A program made the translations under genes and the position numbers. Under the pieces are notes generated by a model. The model saw nothing but the letters and a program-made list of their open reading frames with translations, did no database searches and was not told the DNA's origin. This document shows, piece after piece, positions 37,550-49,930 of a DNA stretch of 64,000 bases. The DNA comes from Paragordius varius (lineage: Eukaryota > Animalia > Nematomorpha), in NCBI GenBank assembly GCA_964247055.1, contig OZ176053.1, positions 10,664,001 to 10,728,000 on the forward strand, in the 5' to 3' direction. Numbering within the stretch: position 1 is the stretch's first letter; each line of letters begins with the position of its first letter.

Positions 37550-39657
37550 TAATACTTTTGCGCAAAAAATTTTAACATTTTTTTAATGAGATAGCTTATA
37601 ACCAGCGATTGATTTGCCGCAAAACGCCCTAGTTTTTGCAAGATGAAAATCGAAATTAGGAGTAATTAAGGATAATTAAAAAGATAATGATGAAACTTGA
37701 GATATTAAGATTTATTAACGTTTTCTCTGATATTAATAGCTTTAAATTATATTAGGGTTTTAATTAAAGATCAAAGAATCGTGTTTTTTTATAACATACT
37801 TAAAATATAAAAATTTTATAAAATTATATTATTATTTATTAGCTTAACTCGCTATTAAAATAATATTAATGCCACTCGAGTTTTTTGCATTTTCTGATAT
37901 TTACTATCATTTTAACAGTAAATCTGAAATGAAAATTCCTAAGAATTTAGTATAATCTGATTTATTATGATCATGCGCCCTTTTTATCAAATTTTACTAA
38001 AAAAAATTTTTTTGAAAATATACAACAAATACCATTTGTAATATATCATTCGAAAGAGTAATAAAATATCTATAAAATGCATACTAATATGTTTTACATC
38101 GATAGTTAATATTAGACATAGGAAGCGACAAACCCGCAAAGCGATAGCGTTTCTCTTAATTAATATATTTTAAAACTAATGGATGAAAATAGCTCAAACT
38201 TTATATAGATAACAATGAATATCCAAAAAAGATAACACAAAAAAGTTTTTTAGATTAAAACACTTATTTATTCCTTTTATATCATTCAAAACAGCCATTT
38301 TTTAATTTTTTGATTTTTACCATCACATCAATATTTATTATTTTTGAAAGGCTAATAATTTCAAAATTATAAAGACTAGAAATATATTCAAGGTATTATG
38401 ATCTTTTATAATCATTATTTAATTAATTTACGCTTATAACTATGCATTATAATATTAGGTAAAATAATTATGATAATAATAATTTTATTGAAAAAGCAAA
38501 CCAAAAACTTTTAAAAATATTTTTTAATTTTATACTAATGTAACCCTAATTATTATATAAAAATAATTTAAATGAGTTTGTCTGTGAAAATTTTGACTTA
38601 TTTAAGGGGTTGAAATTTTGATCACACAAACCCAAACTGTTACATCAGATTGATTTAAATGACTACCATTCGAAAGATTCAGTTTTTTGCGCTTTTCCGT
38701 ATAAATACATGGCTCTATATCTAAAATTAATTCCAAAAATTTCGAGTTTAATGTTAAATCGACAAAGATTTTCGATTAAAAGAAGTAAAATAATTCTTAG
38801 TGTTGGACCAATTTTTTTAAAAAATACTATTTATGTACATTACTGAAATACACTTTAAATTTACAATATGACGCTCAAAAAAGTAAAAATTTGTTGTCTA
38901 AATTAAAATTAAATATTATTTTTTTTTCATTTTTGTCATCTGGTTTATGAGTTTGTGATAAATTTACTGTTTTATTTTGGAAACCTACACGAGCGGGAGT
39001 TATACGAAGTATATAATATACATAATTTTTACAAGTAGTGAAATATCAACCAAAAATCCGTACAAATCCCAGTAACATGTTTGTTTTGACACACTTCGAC
39101 TTGTACGGATTTTTGGTGGATATTCCACTACTTGTTAATCCTATTGTATATATTTGTATACTTTACTCCCGCTCATGTAAGATTCCAAAATAAAACAATG
39201 AATTTACTATAAACTCATAAACTAGATGACAAAAAAATCAAAACATAACATTTTATTAATTTTATTTTAATTTTTACCGTATAAAATATGAATGTTAAGA
39301 TTTTAATAGTGACCTAATAAAATTAAAAAAATTGTTTTAACATAGTGTAAAATTTTTGTTTATTAATGTTAAAGAAACACGATTTTTTGATCTGAGTTTT
39401 AATCAAAGCTCTAATGTGATCTAAAGCTAGTTATAAATTGTAAATATCAGATACACAACAAATTTAATATCTCAAGTTTTATCATATTTTTTTAATTATC
39501 CCTAATTTCTTTTTTGCCCAATTTCGAATTTCAATCAACATCTCAAAAACTAGGGCGTCAACAAATATTTTGCGGGAAATCAAATTACTGGTTATAAGCT
39601 ATCTCATAAAAAAAATTTTGTTAAAAAAATTGACCCTCTTTTTTGCACAGAGTGTTT
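37550..39657. mobile_element. About 2.1-kb element with 260-300 bp degenerate terminal inverted repeats
   Basis: GAGATAGCTTATAACCAG (about 37588) pairs with CTGGTTATAAGCTATCTC (about 39588). CGCCCTAGTTTTTG pairs with CAAAAACTAGGGCG. AATCGTGTTT pairs with AAACACGATT. Confidence 0.65.
38860..39290. repeat. Hairpin (about 200-bp arms, 35-nt loop) nested in the 37550-39657 element
   Basis: CCAAAAATCCGTACAA pairs with TTGTACGGATTTTTGG. GAGCGGGAGT pairs with ACTCCCGCTC. TTTGTCATCT pairs with AGATGACAAA. Confidence 0.8.
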
Positions 39658-39927
39658 GTAAGATTTGAATAATATTTTGTTTGATCAAATAGTCTCCTTT
39701 TCTTACACATTTTATTTGACCGAGTGTTATTTACCGTTTATGATTTAATTAAAATTTAATGAACTATCGTATTATAATAATATAAATAATTAGTCATATA
39801 TTATAAAAAATTTGAACAACGATATATGTAATGTCATACATATTAGTTAAACAAAATTAATTTATATTACTGGTGTAAAATTAATTAGAGCGTGCGCTTA
39901 AAATGGTAACAATTATTTTTTTATCGT

Positions 39928-42574
39928 TCATAATGGGCTTATTTCTCTGGGTTTCTTCACTTTTAAAATAATCAAAGCCTTGTGGAAAAATGTTTTGTAA
40001 ACGTTGGCATCAAAATATATGGGTATAATGGTCGCATACAAAAAGTATACAAAATCAAACACCAGCAATCCATTCAGAAATTTGCGCAATCGTATCTTGC
40101 TTGTTCCAGAATTATAATCCTTGCTCAGACTTACAAAAAGTATATCGGGTATCATTCCAATGAAGTAATAAATTAACAAAACAATATTTGACTTGTAACT
40201 AGTTTCAAACTTTGCAGTAAAAGTCGGTGTTATCATATTACCCAGGATGGGTGTGGGCCTTTTCATGCTTGTAGGATGCTGACTGTTTTGCATGTTTTTC
40301 ATTAATAATATCGATTTTATACCAAATCCGAACACAAGTATTGGAGGTGTAAGAAGTAAAAAAGTTATCAGCGCCTTGAGATATATGGAATTCGATTGGC
40401 TTCGTGGTATGAAATAGTACCAAACTTCGTTTTTCTGAATACATTTGTGGATGCCTTTATTATGGTGTAACACGGTGTAAACCATAAGAACACACAAAAT
40501 TATGAAAACTGGAATAAAATTTATATATTTTTTTTTTCTTCCATTTTGATAACGCATAGGGTACACGATTGCAACATATCTATAATTAAAAGTGTTTTAT
40601 ACAAACAGAACAAATTTTTTTAGCATCTTTTGGAGTTTCCATTAATCAAAATTATCCTATTTAAGAGAAAAAAAAATTAGACTTCTATTCAAAGTAGCGG
40701 ATCCAATGAGCCCCTCCGAGTTTTATGTGCGGCCCTAAAAATTGGCAGGAACTAGAAAAAATTGCTATATTCTGTTTTTTTGATAATTATATACGAATCC
40801 CAAGCCATTTGTGTTAGACACCGGTACTCTAAAACGTTTAAAACTTGAATCTGCAGACAGTATGGTCCATGTATCGGAATATGCACGATTATTGGTGTAA
40901 TCAGACTTTTTACAATTTTAATTTGTTTTTTAGGATACATCGTGCGTTCCTTAAATATCTGAAAACGAGCTATCTCAAAGATCGTTTGATTTGCTTGGAA
41001 GATATACCATTAGTATTAGCAAAGAGAAACTTCTTTTTTAACGATTAAGTTTTGATCTTTGAAATTAACCCTGATATCTTTTATATATCGAACTTATTAT
41101 AATTTAAAGAGATTCAGTTTTCTACATAAAAACATTTGTCTGCATCTTTGTTATAATTTGTTATTGTTGAATAATTAGAGGCGAATATTTCGAAAGACTT
41201 TAATAAAAAGGTTTTATATTTAACAATTTAGAGAAAGACCATTTTATTATATATGTTCTTGTACTTAAATTAATTGATGATTTTCAGAAATGGCAATCAA
41301 AAATTCAAGAATGTTTATAAATTATATTAATTTGGTTTTTTAATCAAAATGCAATTGTTAAATATAGAGTCTCATAAAAGTGACTGGATCCTTACATATT
41401 GAAAAACCTTTATTATGAAACAAACTCATTACCCTTCATTTTTTGTAGACGATTACATTTTGGGGCACCCAGAGCTTAATCTTTTAAATAAAATACCGTT
41501 TGGTTAAATTTTAAACATTATTTTCTTTGATAGAAAAGTTATATATACCATTTACAATTCAAATTCACCCTTGAATATTTGAAATTTACCCTCGAACAGT
41601 TCTAATTCACCCTTGAAAAATTGAAAGTCACCCTGAAAATAAATTATGTGTTTTCGGGCTTAAATAATTTATTATTAATATGCAATATATCTTTATGCCT
41701 TAGTTCATAATTTTTTCAGTATTTAATCTTTTTTTTAAAAAATATAGAAATTATAGATATTTAAATCTTAAACACATAATTTATTTGAGGGTGATTCGAA
41801 TTGTTCAAGGGTGATTTTGAATTGTTCAAGGGTGAATTCGAAACGTAAATGGTATATTACAATTTAACTTCAAACGTTCAAAATCGGGATAGCTCAAAAC
41901 CTGATTGAATAGATTTTAATATCACTTAATATAAAAAACATGTTGGTAAAATGTAGTATAAACCCTTCTCAAGTTAATTATTTACAGTTTTTAACCATTA
42001 CATACATTAATTAGCCTGTTGTATCGGCTTTAAAATCCAATGAATAAAAATGACGACACAAAGTTTTGAATGATTTAAAAGTTTTCAAATAAAGTGTTAA
42101 TATAAACCTCACTATTACTAATAGGGCAAAGCAATAATTTTGACTCACGTATGCAGTTTTTCTGACCGTGGCATTCATAATAGTTAACACCAAATGATAA
42201 TAAGAATTATTCGCCATAAAACTGAAATAAAATGGAAAGTTATTTTCTAGCCTAGATACGACAAGGATGATGATTATAAGATTGAGAATTGAAATATAAA
42301 TCCAAATCACGTATGTTGGTCTTTCCCAAATATCTTTTATATTCGTTATGAATATGACAAGGAATGCCGCATTCAAGCATAATCCACAGAAGCATAAAAA
42401 TTTTATGACAATAATTATAAGTAGAAAATAGTTTTCGTTTATATCGGATGAGGGACATTGTTTTATCATATTATTTGATAATATAGAAATTTGGACAGAT
42501 GCCTGCGAAAAATTTAAACTTAGTTCTAACTGACGTATAATTTGTGTAGTATTAAAGTTAGAATCAAGAGTCAT
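39928..42574 (-). CDS. Divergent class-A-like 7TM receptor, paralog 4 (exons 42574-42108 and 40579-39928)
   Basis: VIVR|YVAIVYP has the same phase-2 intron. Conserved YFIGMIPD and FDFVYFLYATIIPIYFDANVY. Confidence 0.85.
41544..41856. mobile_element. MITE of the TATACCATTT-terminal family (family B) in the intron of receptor paralog 4
   Basis: Ends TATACCATTTAC...GTAAATGGTATA, with AATTCACCCTTGAA subrepeats at both ends. A sister copy lies at 54043-54311. Confidence 0.8.
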
Positions 42575-43753
42575 TTGCGGAAATTTGGCAAATCAATTAC
42601 AAATGTGTGATAATTAAATATCGGCATCTAATTCTAGATTAATAATTAAATATTAATTAATTTTCTATAAATGATATGTCAACATATTTGCCAACCAATT
42701 ATTTTATATATTTTGTTGTTTTACCTTTAATGTAGGTATTTTACAAAATTGGAAATACTTAAAATCATGTCCTTTGATTAATTAATGCGAATATACCCGT
42801 TACATTAGCTTATCAAACTGTTGATGAAAATTGGTAATAAAAATATATTCTGCTTTATATACAAAATGCACAAAATCACTTTTCATAAAAAATATCCTGA
42901 TTAAAAATATATTTTGATTGTGAATTGTTATCATCTTCGCTATGCTGCTTTTGGTTTTGGGGTTTACGAGTCATTTTTATCGGAAAATCGAACAAAATTA
43001 GCTCACATTAAAAATTTTAAAGTTGAAAGTTACAAAAATATTTGTTAAAATTATACAATATTTAAAAAGCAAAACAATATTTACATAAAATTTTAATTTT
43101 TAGATGCAAGCTCCGAAAGTCTCAAATTTTGGACTCCATAACTATGGACTGGTTTTATAAAAAAAACATAAATACACTGATATTACGCGATTAATATTTA
43201 ATATATACTAAATTATAAATTTAAAAAAGGTTACTTAAAATATAAGTATTAACAAAATTTTGCTTAAGCGAGATTTATGATATTTTGGAGATGTTAATGT
43301 AGTATTATAACATCTTTATTTGATAATGCTAAAAATTTATATCTCCTCATAATTTTAGATGATAGATTCGTTAACTTTTCATACAATTTATATTTGAACT
43401 TAATTTAAAAATTGTTTAAATCAAAATTTGGATGTGATGGAAATGTTTACCGATTAAGTGTATTATCATAGGGGATTTTATACGTTATCATTAACCAAAT
43501 TTCATAAAATGCGTTTCAATAAATATTCCCCAAATTTATAAAGGAAGTATGCATTTTTTAGACATTTTGCTGTCATAAGTTAAATATTATGATGACTCAA
43601 TTTTAGCTCAATTATATTAGCAGATTTTTTATTTCAGACATTCAGTAATCATTAATTTTATATCATGATTGTATTGTTTTTAATATATTTTATAATATAA
43701 AATATATAAAAAATATTTTCTTTGTTTTTAGATTAAACCAATAGCGTTCGATA

Positions 43754-45205
43754 TATACCATTTCCCAGTCTAAATAAACGTTTTCCCAGTCAATCGAAAC
43801 ATTTTCCCAATCAATCGAAACATTTTCCCAATCAATCGAAACGTTTTCCCAGTCAATCGAAACGTTTTCCCAGTCAATCGAAACATTTTCCCAGTCAATC
43901 GAAACGTTTTCCCAGTCAATAGAAACATTTTCCCAGTCAATAAAAACATTTTCCCAATCAATAAAAACGTTTTCCCAGTCAATAAAAACGGTTTTATTTT
44001 TGATGATAAATATCAAAACAAGACATAAAAATAACTTTCAACCATTATCAGCGTAATATTAGGATTATTTTTTTATAAAAAAACAATTATTGAATGACAA
44101 TTTTTCCAATTATATTCCAGTGCACAATCATTAATGACTTATTCTTTAAAAATTATATTTTTGGAATTTGAGATGTTTTAAGATAATATTTTTTGATTTA
44201 TTAATAGTTCGCATTAATATTTGCCGAACGCGTCAAAACAGTTTCTAAACTTTTCAAGTTTTTCCATAAAAGTACCGGAAAAAATATTTAAACAAAAAAT
44301 TTTTTCGGTAAAAATGTTTTTGATTAAAAAAAATTTAATAAAAAGATATTAGAAAACAGGGGTGTCTAACCAAATGGCTTTGCTGGCCGCATCTCAAAAA
44401 GCACAGCGTTCCGCATTTGATATATTTCATTAATAATTTTTCGATTAGACATAAGACTGTAAAATACAAAAATATAACATTTAAATTTGTTACCAATTTA
44501 ATAGACTCATTCAGAATAATTGAGTAAGAAGTATGAATATTACTAAGATTTTGTGTGCATATTTTTGCATATGGATTTCCAATTTCGCGGTCCGCACAAA
44601 GATACTCGGCAGGCCGAGTTGGGCACCCGATGAAATGATAAATATTATAAAATTAAGGTAAAATTTATGTTTAAGATCCAATATGAAGTGTTAAATGACC
44701 TTTGAGATAAAAATGGTATATTATTTTTAATATTTCATCCGTAAATATAGATTTTGTAAGTTAGCCGCAAATAATGCGAAAACATCTTAAATTCCAAAAA
44801 TATGATTTTTAAAGAATAAATCATTAATGATTGTGCACTGGAATATAATTGAAAAAATTGTCATTCAATAATTGTGTTTTTATAAAAATTAATATCCTAA
44901 TATTACGCTGATAATGGTTGAAAGTTATTTTTGTGTCTTGTTTTGATATTTATCATCAAAAATAAAACCGTTTTTATTGACTGGGAAAACGTTTTTATTG
45001 ATTGGGAATATGTTTTTATTGACTGGGAAAATGTTTCTATTGACTGGGAAAACGTTTCGATTGACTGGGAAAATGTTTCGATTGACTGGGAAAACGTTTC
45101 GATTGACTGGGAAAACGTTTCGATTGACTGGGAAAATGTTTCGATTGATTGGGAAAATGTTTCGATTGACTGGGAAAACGTTTATTTAGACTGGGAAATG
45201 GTATA
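43754..45205. mobile_element. Foldback element with TATACCATTT termini and inverted 21-bp minisatellite arms
   Basis: Arms about 43754-44225 and 44765-45205 are reverse complements. Each holds about 11-12 tandem copies of TTTTCCCAGTCAATCGAAACG, which produce the IDWENVS repeat ORFs. Confidence 0.9.
44357..44632. mobile_element. hAT-type MITE nested in the foldback spacer
   Basis: CAGGGGTGTCTAACC...GTTGGGCACCCGATG termini resemble Charlie/Buster-type TIRs. No clear TSD. Confidence 0.6.
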
Positions 45206-45749
45206 TTGTACAATTTTCTTTGGTATGGAGATTTTATCACAAAAGTGGAGATGACTTTTTCAAATAACTGAGAAACCATGTGCTTTTTTGATCAGAGTAT
45301 AAAGGAAAAATATTATACAATAACAACACGCCATCCTTTAGATTTAGTGGCTGTATATTATATATATTGACGGGAGATTTGTTAATCTATCGTTTTGTGC
45401 CCTTATTTTAATAAAAATACTCCAACTTTTTTTCATTTGAATCCATTTAAATATTTTGCGTTTTTAAAATATTGATGCACCAAAATAAAAAAACATACAA
45501 AATGATTTAGACAACAGAATGCCTGAGCTAAATACTGCTCATTATGTTTCTTCTGTCCCAATTAGTGCTCAATGTATTTATAAAAAATGAATTTTTTCCC
45601 GTACTAAAAAATATGATAACTTCCTAGAATAATTTGAAAAAATGGCGCTCAAATATCTCAAAATTTTTTACTTAATAAAATTTAGCTAATTAGCTGATTT
45701 TAATTTTTTTAACACTTCCTTACCTATTTGTAATAGTGCACATATTGGG

Positions 45750-46260
45750 GTTTTTATGTCCCAGAGCTAATTTTGTAAATACTACAGTTTTGAAAGTTAT
45801 TTTTGTTAAAATTATAATATTAAACATTGTTGTCATCGATTATTAGATAAAAATTATATTTTTTAGTTTGGTGACTTCTACAGCCTAAAATTTGGACAGA
45901 TCCAAAACACTATTGAAACGAACAGCTGATATTAAAATTATTATTTACATATAACCAACCATAAAATACATTTTTTTGCCTATTGCATTATCAATTTAAA
46001 CAAATTGTAGGAAAAAAATACTGGCGAAAAATTTAAGATGGGATTTTTTAGTCTTCATTTTTTTAAAATTTTTTTGTATAATGCGCCTAAAAAGCTAAAG
46101 AAAATATTTTCGAATTCGGCTTAAACCCTTATAATTTTTAACACTCCATTACTTTTTGGGGTAATATTATATCTCAGAACGATATAAAATTTAAATATTT
46201 AAAAGATAATAAAATATGCTTTCTTGAGCCTTTTAGGCGCGCATTATATTTATAAAATTG
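45750..46260. repeat. Dispersed repeat also present at about 58480-58870
   Basis: Shared blocks CAGAGCT..., GAACAGCTGAT and TATAATGCGCCT.AAA...TAAAGAAAATAT. A local hairpin is formed by ATAATGCGCCTAAAA and TTTTAGGCGCGCATTAT. Confidence 0.45.
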
Positions 46261-46779
46261 TAAAAAAACTATCATTTTAAATTTTTTCCCGCCATTTTTT
46301 TCGATATTTTTTTAAAAACTCTAATACACAAATAATTGTATATGGGTGGAAAATATAATAAACTATTAAAAGCTTTCAGGTTATTCCAGCAAAAAGTTGA
46401 TATATTTTGAATATCATCTGTTCGTTTGATTCTGGTTTTGGAGTACCTAGTTACAGCATTTTGCATAAAAATTAAAATTAAATATACCAGTTTTTTAGCG
46501 ATAAATCCCAAAAAATGTGCATTGGGGGATTTCGTTTGCAAATATATGACTTGTATATAAAGAACTTTAATTATTTAGGATGGGCCAAATATGCTTTTAT
46601 AGAGGCTCATATTCAAAAAGTAGATAATTATCTCAAAAGATATTGTATAATCTACGAAAAACTGGGGCTTAATTAACACTTGGATTCAACACATTCATTT
46701 GTCCTTCGATTCAAATTGGGGTAGTTGGATACCCCAGGCCTTTGCAAAGCAAAAAATTTACTTAACACCTCTTGTTTTT

Positions 46780-48713
46780 AAGTTCTATCGCTTATTTTAT
46801 ATTTATTAATGCCTAATTAAAAAATACAACAGGAAAATTACATTTTAATTCAAGTCTCTACATGCTTCAGACAATTGATTTACAAATATCTATTATTTAT
46901 GTTTAGCGTCGCCATAACATAAAGAAAAAATCTTTAAAGGTAAGTTTTTAATTTATAGGCTTATAAAGACATATACTTGAATATCCTTATGTAAGATATT
47001 ATACAGTTATTAAATCTCGAAAAGCAACTATAAAATTAGTCATATAAATTTTGTAAAGAGATTTGCTTAAATTGAAAACATTCATACATTCTGAAGTAAA
47101 TTTTACATTTAGGTTTACTATAATAGTATTAACACTTCGATTCAAATTGGGGTATCTAAATACCCCAGGCTAAATATGAGTTAGGATTTTTAAAAAACTA
47201 ATGAAGGAAACGGTGGCAATTTAAATTTATGCTTCTATCCTAATAAAAATTATATAAATATGCCAAAAAATCTTAATAAAATTTTGCTTTGAAAAAAAAA
47301 GTTCCATGTCAAACTACTTCGCCGCCATTTTTATTAAAATTTTTTTGCAAAATATCGTCTTCATGTAATTTTAAAGGTAAAATTAAAGCTAATTTTTTAT
47401 TTAAATTACATCTAACATTGATAGAAATAGAAAAAGCGGTTTATTTTGTAATTTTTTAATTTTGCTATATCACACATGTCACCTTTCGGTTTTAGCTTAA
47501 AATAGGTAATATCAAATATTTTTGAATAGAATTTTTTATATATTTCGGTTTATTAATGATATATACTGGGGTATCTAACTATCCCAATTTGAATCGAAGG
47601 ACTAAAATGAGTGTGTTGTATCCAAGTTTTAATATCATGACAGTAACAGAATCATATACACCAAGATGGTTATGTCAACAGGTGATCAAAATTTATATAA
47701 ATCGTGATCTCCCAGAATAGTTCTACCGAATAATTTTATATTTGATGCTTTATATCTAATCATGTATTTTTATTTATTCTACGTAAAAATAAATCAAAAC
47801 TTGCTTTTTACCTTCTAGAAGTAAATCGTTTATTATTAAATCAGTGAAACTTACCGCGGCCCGGGCACCTCTATTTTAATGCCAATTATTAGATTATTTT
47901 TTTTTGATTGTTTAAAAAATAAAGCTAATTTCTCATTTTTAAACCCTTCAAAATTTATCTGGTTTAATAGGTATTTCGTTAAATCTAATCCAAGTATTTA
48001 ATTTCCTAAAGCGATCTTGTTTTGTCTCAGCTTGCATCAAGGCACATTAAAATAAAAATTATATTTAATGAGATTTGTCAAGAAGGATAATCACAACGGA
48101 TTCCGATTTAGCATTGATCGCTAAATATAATATAAAAAAAACTTATTTCCAAATAATTTATTTAGATTATTTTCATAGTTTGTGCAAACAATTTAAGAGG
48201 ATCGCAATAAATAATTGTTTATCTGTTGACATGTTTGACAAAATATTACAGATTTTTTGTGAACAGATCTTACACGCAAATAGCACCTTGTAGAATATAT
48301 AAGTATATATACCTTTTTGGCACATTAATATTATTGTAAACCGTTATAAAGCCGAAAAAGATTATTTAAGGGACCATGTATGATTTGGGCAAGCCCATAG
48401 CAATCAAGATACCTAAATTTGTATATAGATAATATACCTAAAAAGGCATCAAAGTCTTCTATGTTCAAATTAATCTAGTTTTACGATTTTCATAATCAAA
48501 TTTTTTACGTCATAGGTTATGATAGAATTAAATTTTGTAAGTGGGTCCTGGATAATTGATTTGAGCCCGGGGATAAAACGAATTATATTGGATTGCTAGA
48601 TTTTCCATTATATTATAATCTAGATAAAATAATTTTATACCTGACTTTGAAGATGAGGAGTCATCCACATTATATTCTCTCCTACTATCAAAATTATCTG
48701 AATAATCTTCCAT
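46780..48713 (-). pseudogene. piggyBac-type transposase relic with apparent 21-26 nt spliceosomal introns
   Basis: Acidic start MEDYSDNFDS, then FIPGLKSIIQDPLTKFNSIITYD, IEDFDAFLG|ILIAMGL (needs a 25-nt GT..AG removed), NMSTDK...CLH, QDRFRKL, YSGRSRF and RFFLYVMATLNIN, in piggyBac order. Stops and frameshifts remain. Confidence 0.5.
47133..47628 (+). mobile_element. piggyBac-like MITE (family A) nested inside its parent element
   Basis: TTAA|CACTTCGATTCAAATTGGGG...TATCCAAGTT|TTAA. Confidence 0.85.
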
Positions 48714-49281
48714 AACAACAAAATAAATGCTTCGTAACGGAAAATACTTTAAATGATATGTTTACAGGAAGTGAGATTGTGCTCTCTTCAAAAATCATAT
48801 GTATTCTGGTAAAAAATTCAAAAATAATTCTGGCGCCAACCATTTCGAGATGAGAATTTTTTTTTAAAACTACATTTCATTAAGTAATTTTGGTTTAATC
48901 ATATAATTTTTATAAAGATAGAAGCATAAATTTAAATTAGGGCCATTCTATTGGGTAGTTTTTTAAAAACACTAATTTGAAAAAGGTCTGGGGTATTTAG
49001 ATACCCCAATTTGAATCGAAGTGTTAATTACGTTTTATTCATTTAGTAATTTAAAAATCAGCGGTTTGTTTAAATTGGATAATATTATTTATATCTTAAA
49101 AAAATTGTGCAGACGTGATGAAAGGATTTCGCTAAAAAAAATATTTAATCTAATATAGCCAAATATGGATTTTAAAGCCATTTTTGGCCACTTCTTCAAA
49201 ATTGAATGTAAAAAGATAAAGTTGTATCAATACATATTAATTCTGCAAACCTATTATGAAAAAATGTAATTAATTATTTAG

Positions 49282-49854
49282 CACTTGGATACAACACACT
49301 CATTTTAGTCCTTCGATTCAAATTGGGGTAGTTGAATAACCCAGGCTTGTTTAAAATCATACTTTAAAAATTATGGAAGCAATCGAAACCATGGCAAAAT
49401 TTTGCAATTATATAACATTAATAAACCGAAATATATAAAAAAATTTATTCAAAAATACTTGATATTACTTATTTTAAGCTAAAACTGAAAGGTAAAAATT
49501 TAGTCAACGTGACATGTGTCAAATTGTAAAATTAAAAAATAATGCAAAATAAACCGCTTTTTCTATTTCTATCAATGTTAGATGTAATATATAGAGAAAA
49601 AATGCTTTAGTTTTACCCTTAAAATTAAATGAAGACGTTGCAAAATTTTTGTAAAATAAAAATGGCGTCGAAGTAGTTTGAGATGGAACTTTTTTCAAAA
49701 CCAAATTTTATCAAGATATTTTGGCATATTTATATAATATTTATCAGGATAGAAGCATAAATTTAAATTGGGACCGTTTCCTTTAGTAGTTTATTAAAAA
49801 TTTTAATTTAAATTTAATCTGGGGTATTTAGAACCCCCAATTTGAATCTAAGTG
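49282..49854 (-). mobile_element. piggyBac-like MITE (family A)
   Basis: CACTTGGATACAAC...CCCAATTTGAATCTAAGTG|TTAA, a full-length copy in reverse orientation. Confidence 0.85.
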
Positions 49855-49930
49855 TTAAGGTAATCCAGGTTTATTCGAGTAAAAAAGAGTAGCTGTCGAA
49901 TTGTAATATAACAGATGAATATTTATTTTT

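Larger units (their letters stand above)
46677..49023 (-). mobile_element. piggyBac-like parent element of MITE family A (TTAA-flanked, degenerate transposase)
   Basis: TTAA|CACTTGGAT... at 46677 and ...ATCGAAGTG|TTAA at 49023 are the same two asymmetric ends as the MITEs. The interior carries piggyBac-like peptide fragments. Confidence 0.75.

Noticed and set aside
19077-42574. 7TM genes as opsins
   Set aside because: None of the four has a Lys in TM7 for a retinal Schiff base.
43770-43990. 21-bp repeats as a CRISPR array
   Set aside because: The units are head-to-tail with no unique spacers, there are no cas genes, and the context is eukaryotic.
43690-45279. (IDWENVS)n, (LTGKTFR)n and (SQSKRFP)n ORFs as real repeat proteins
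   Set aside because: They are by-products of a stop-free 21-bp tandem repeat, mirrored in both arms of an inverted-repeat element and open in several frames.
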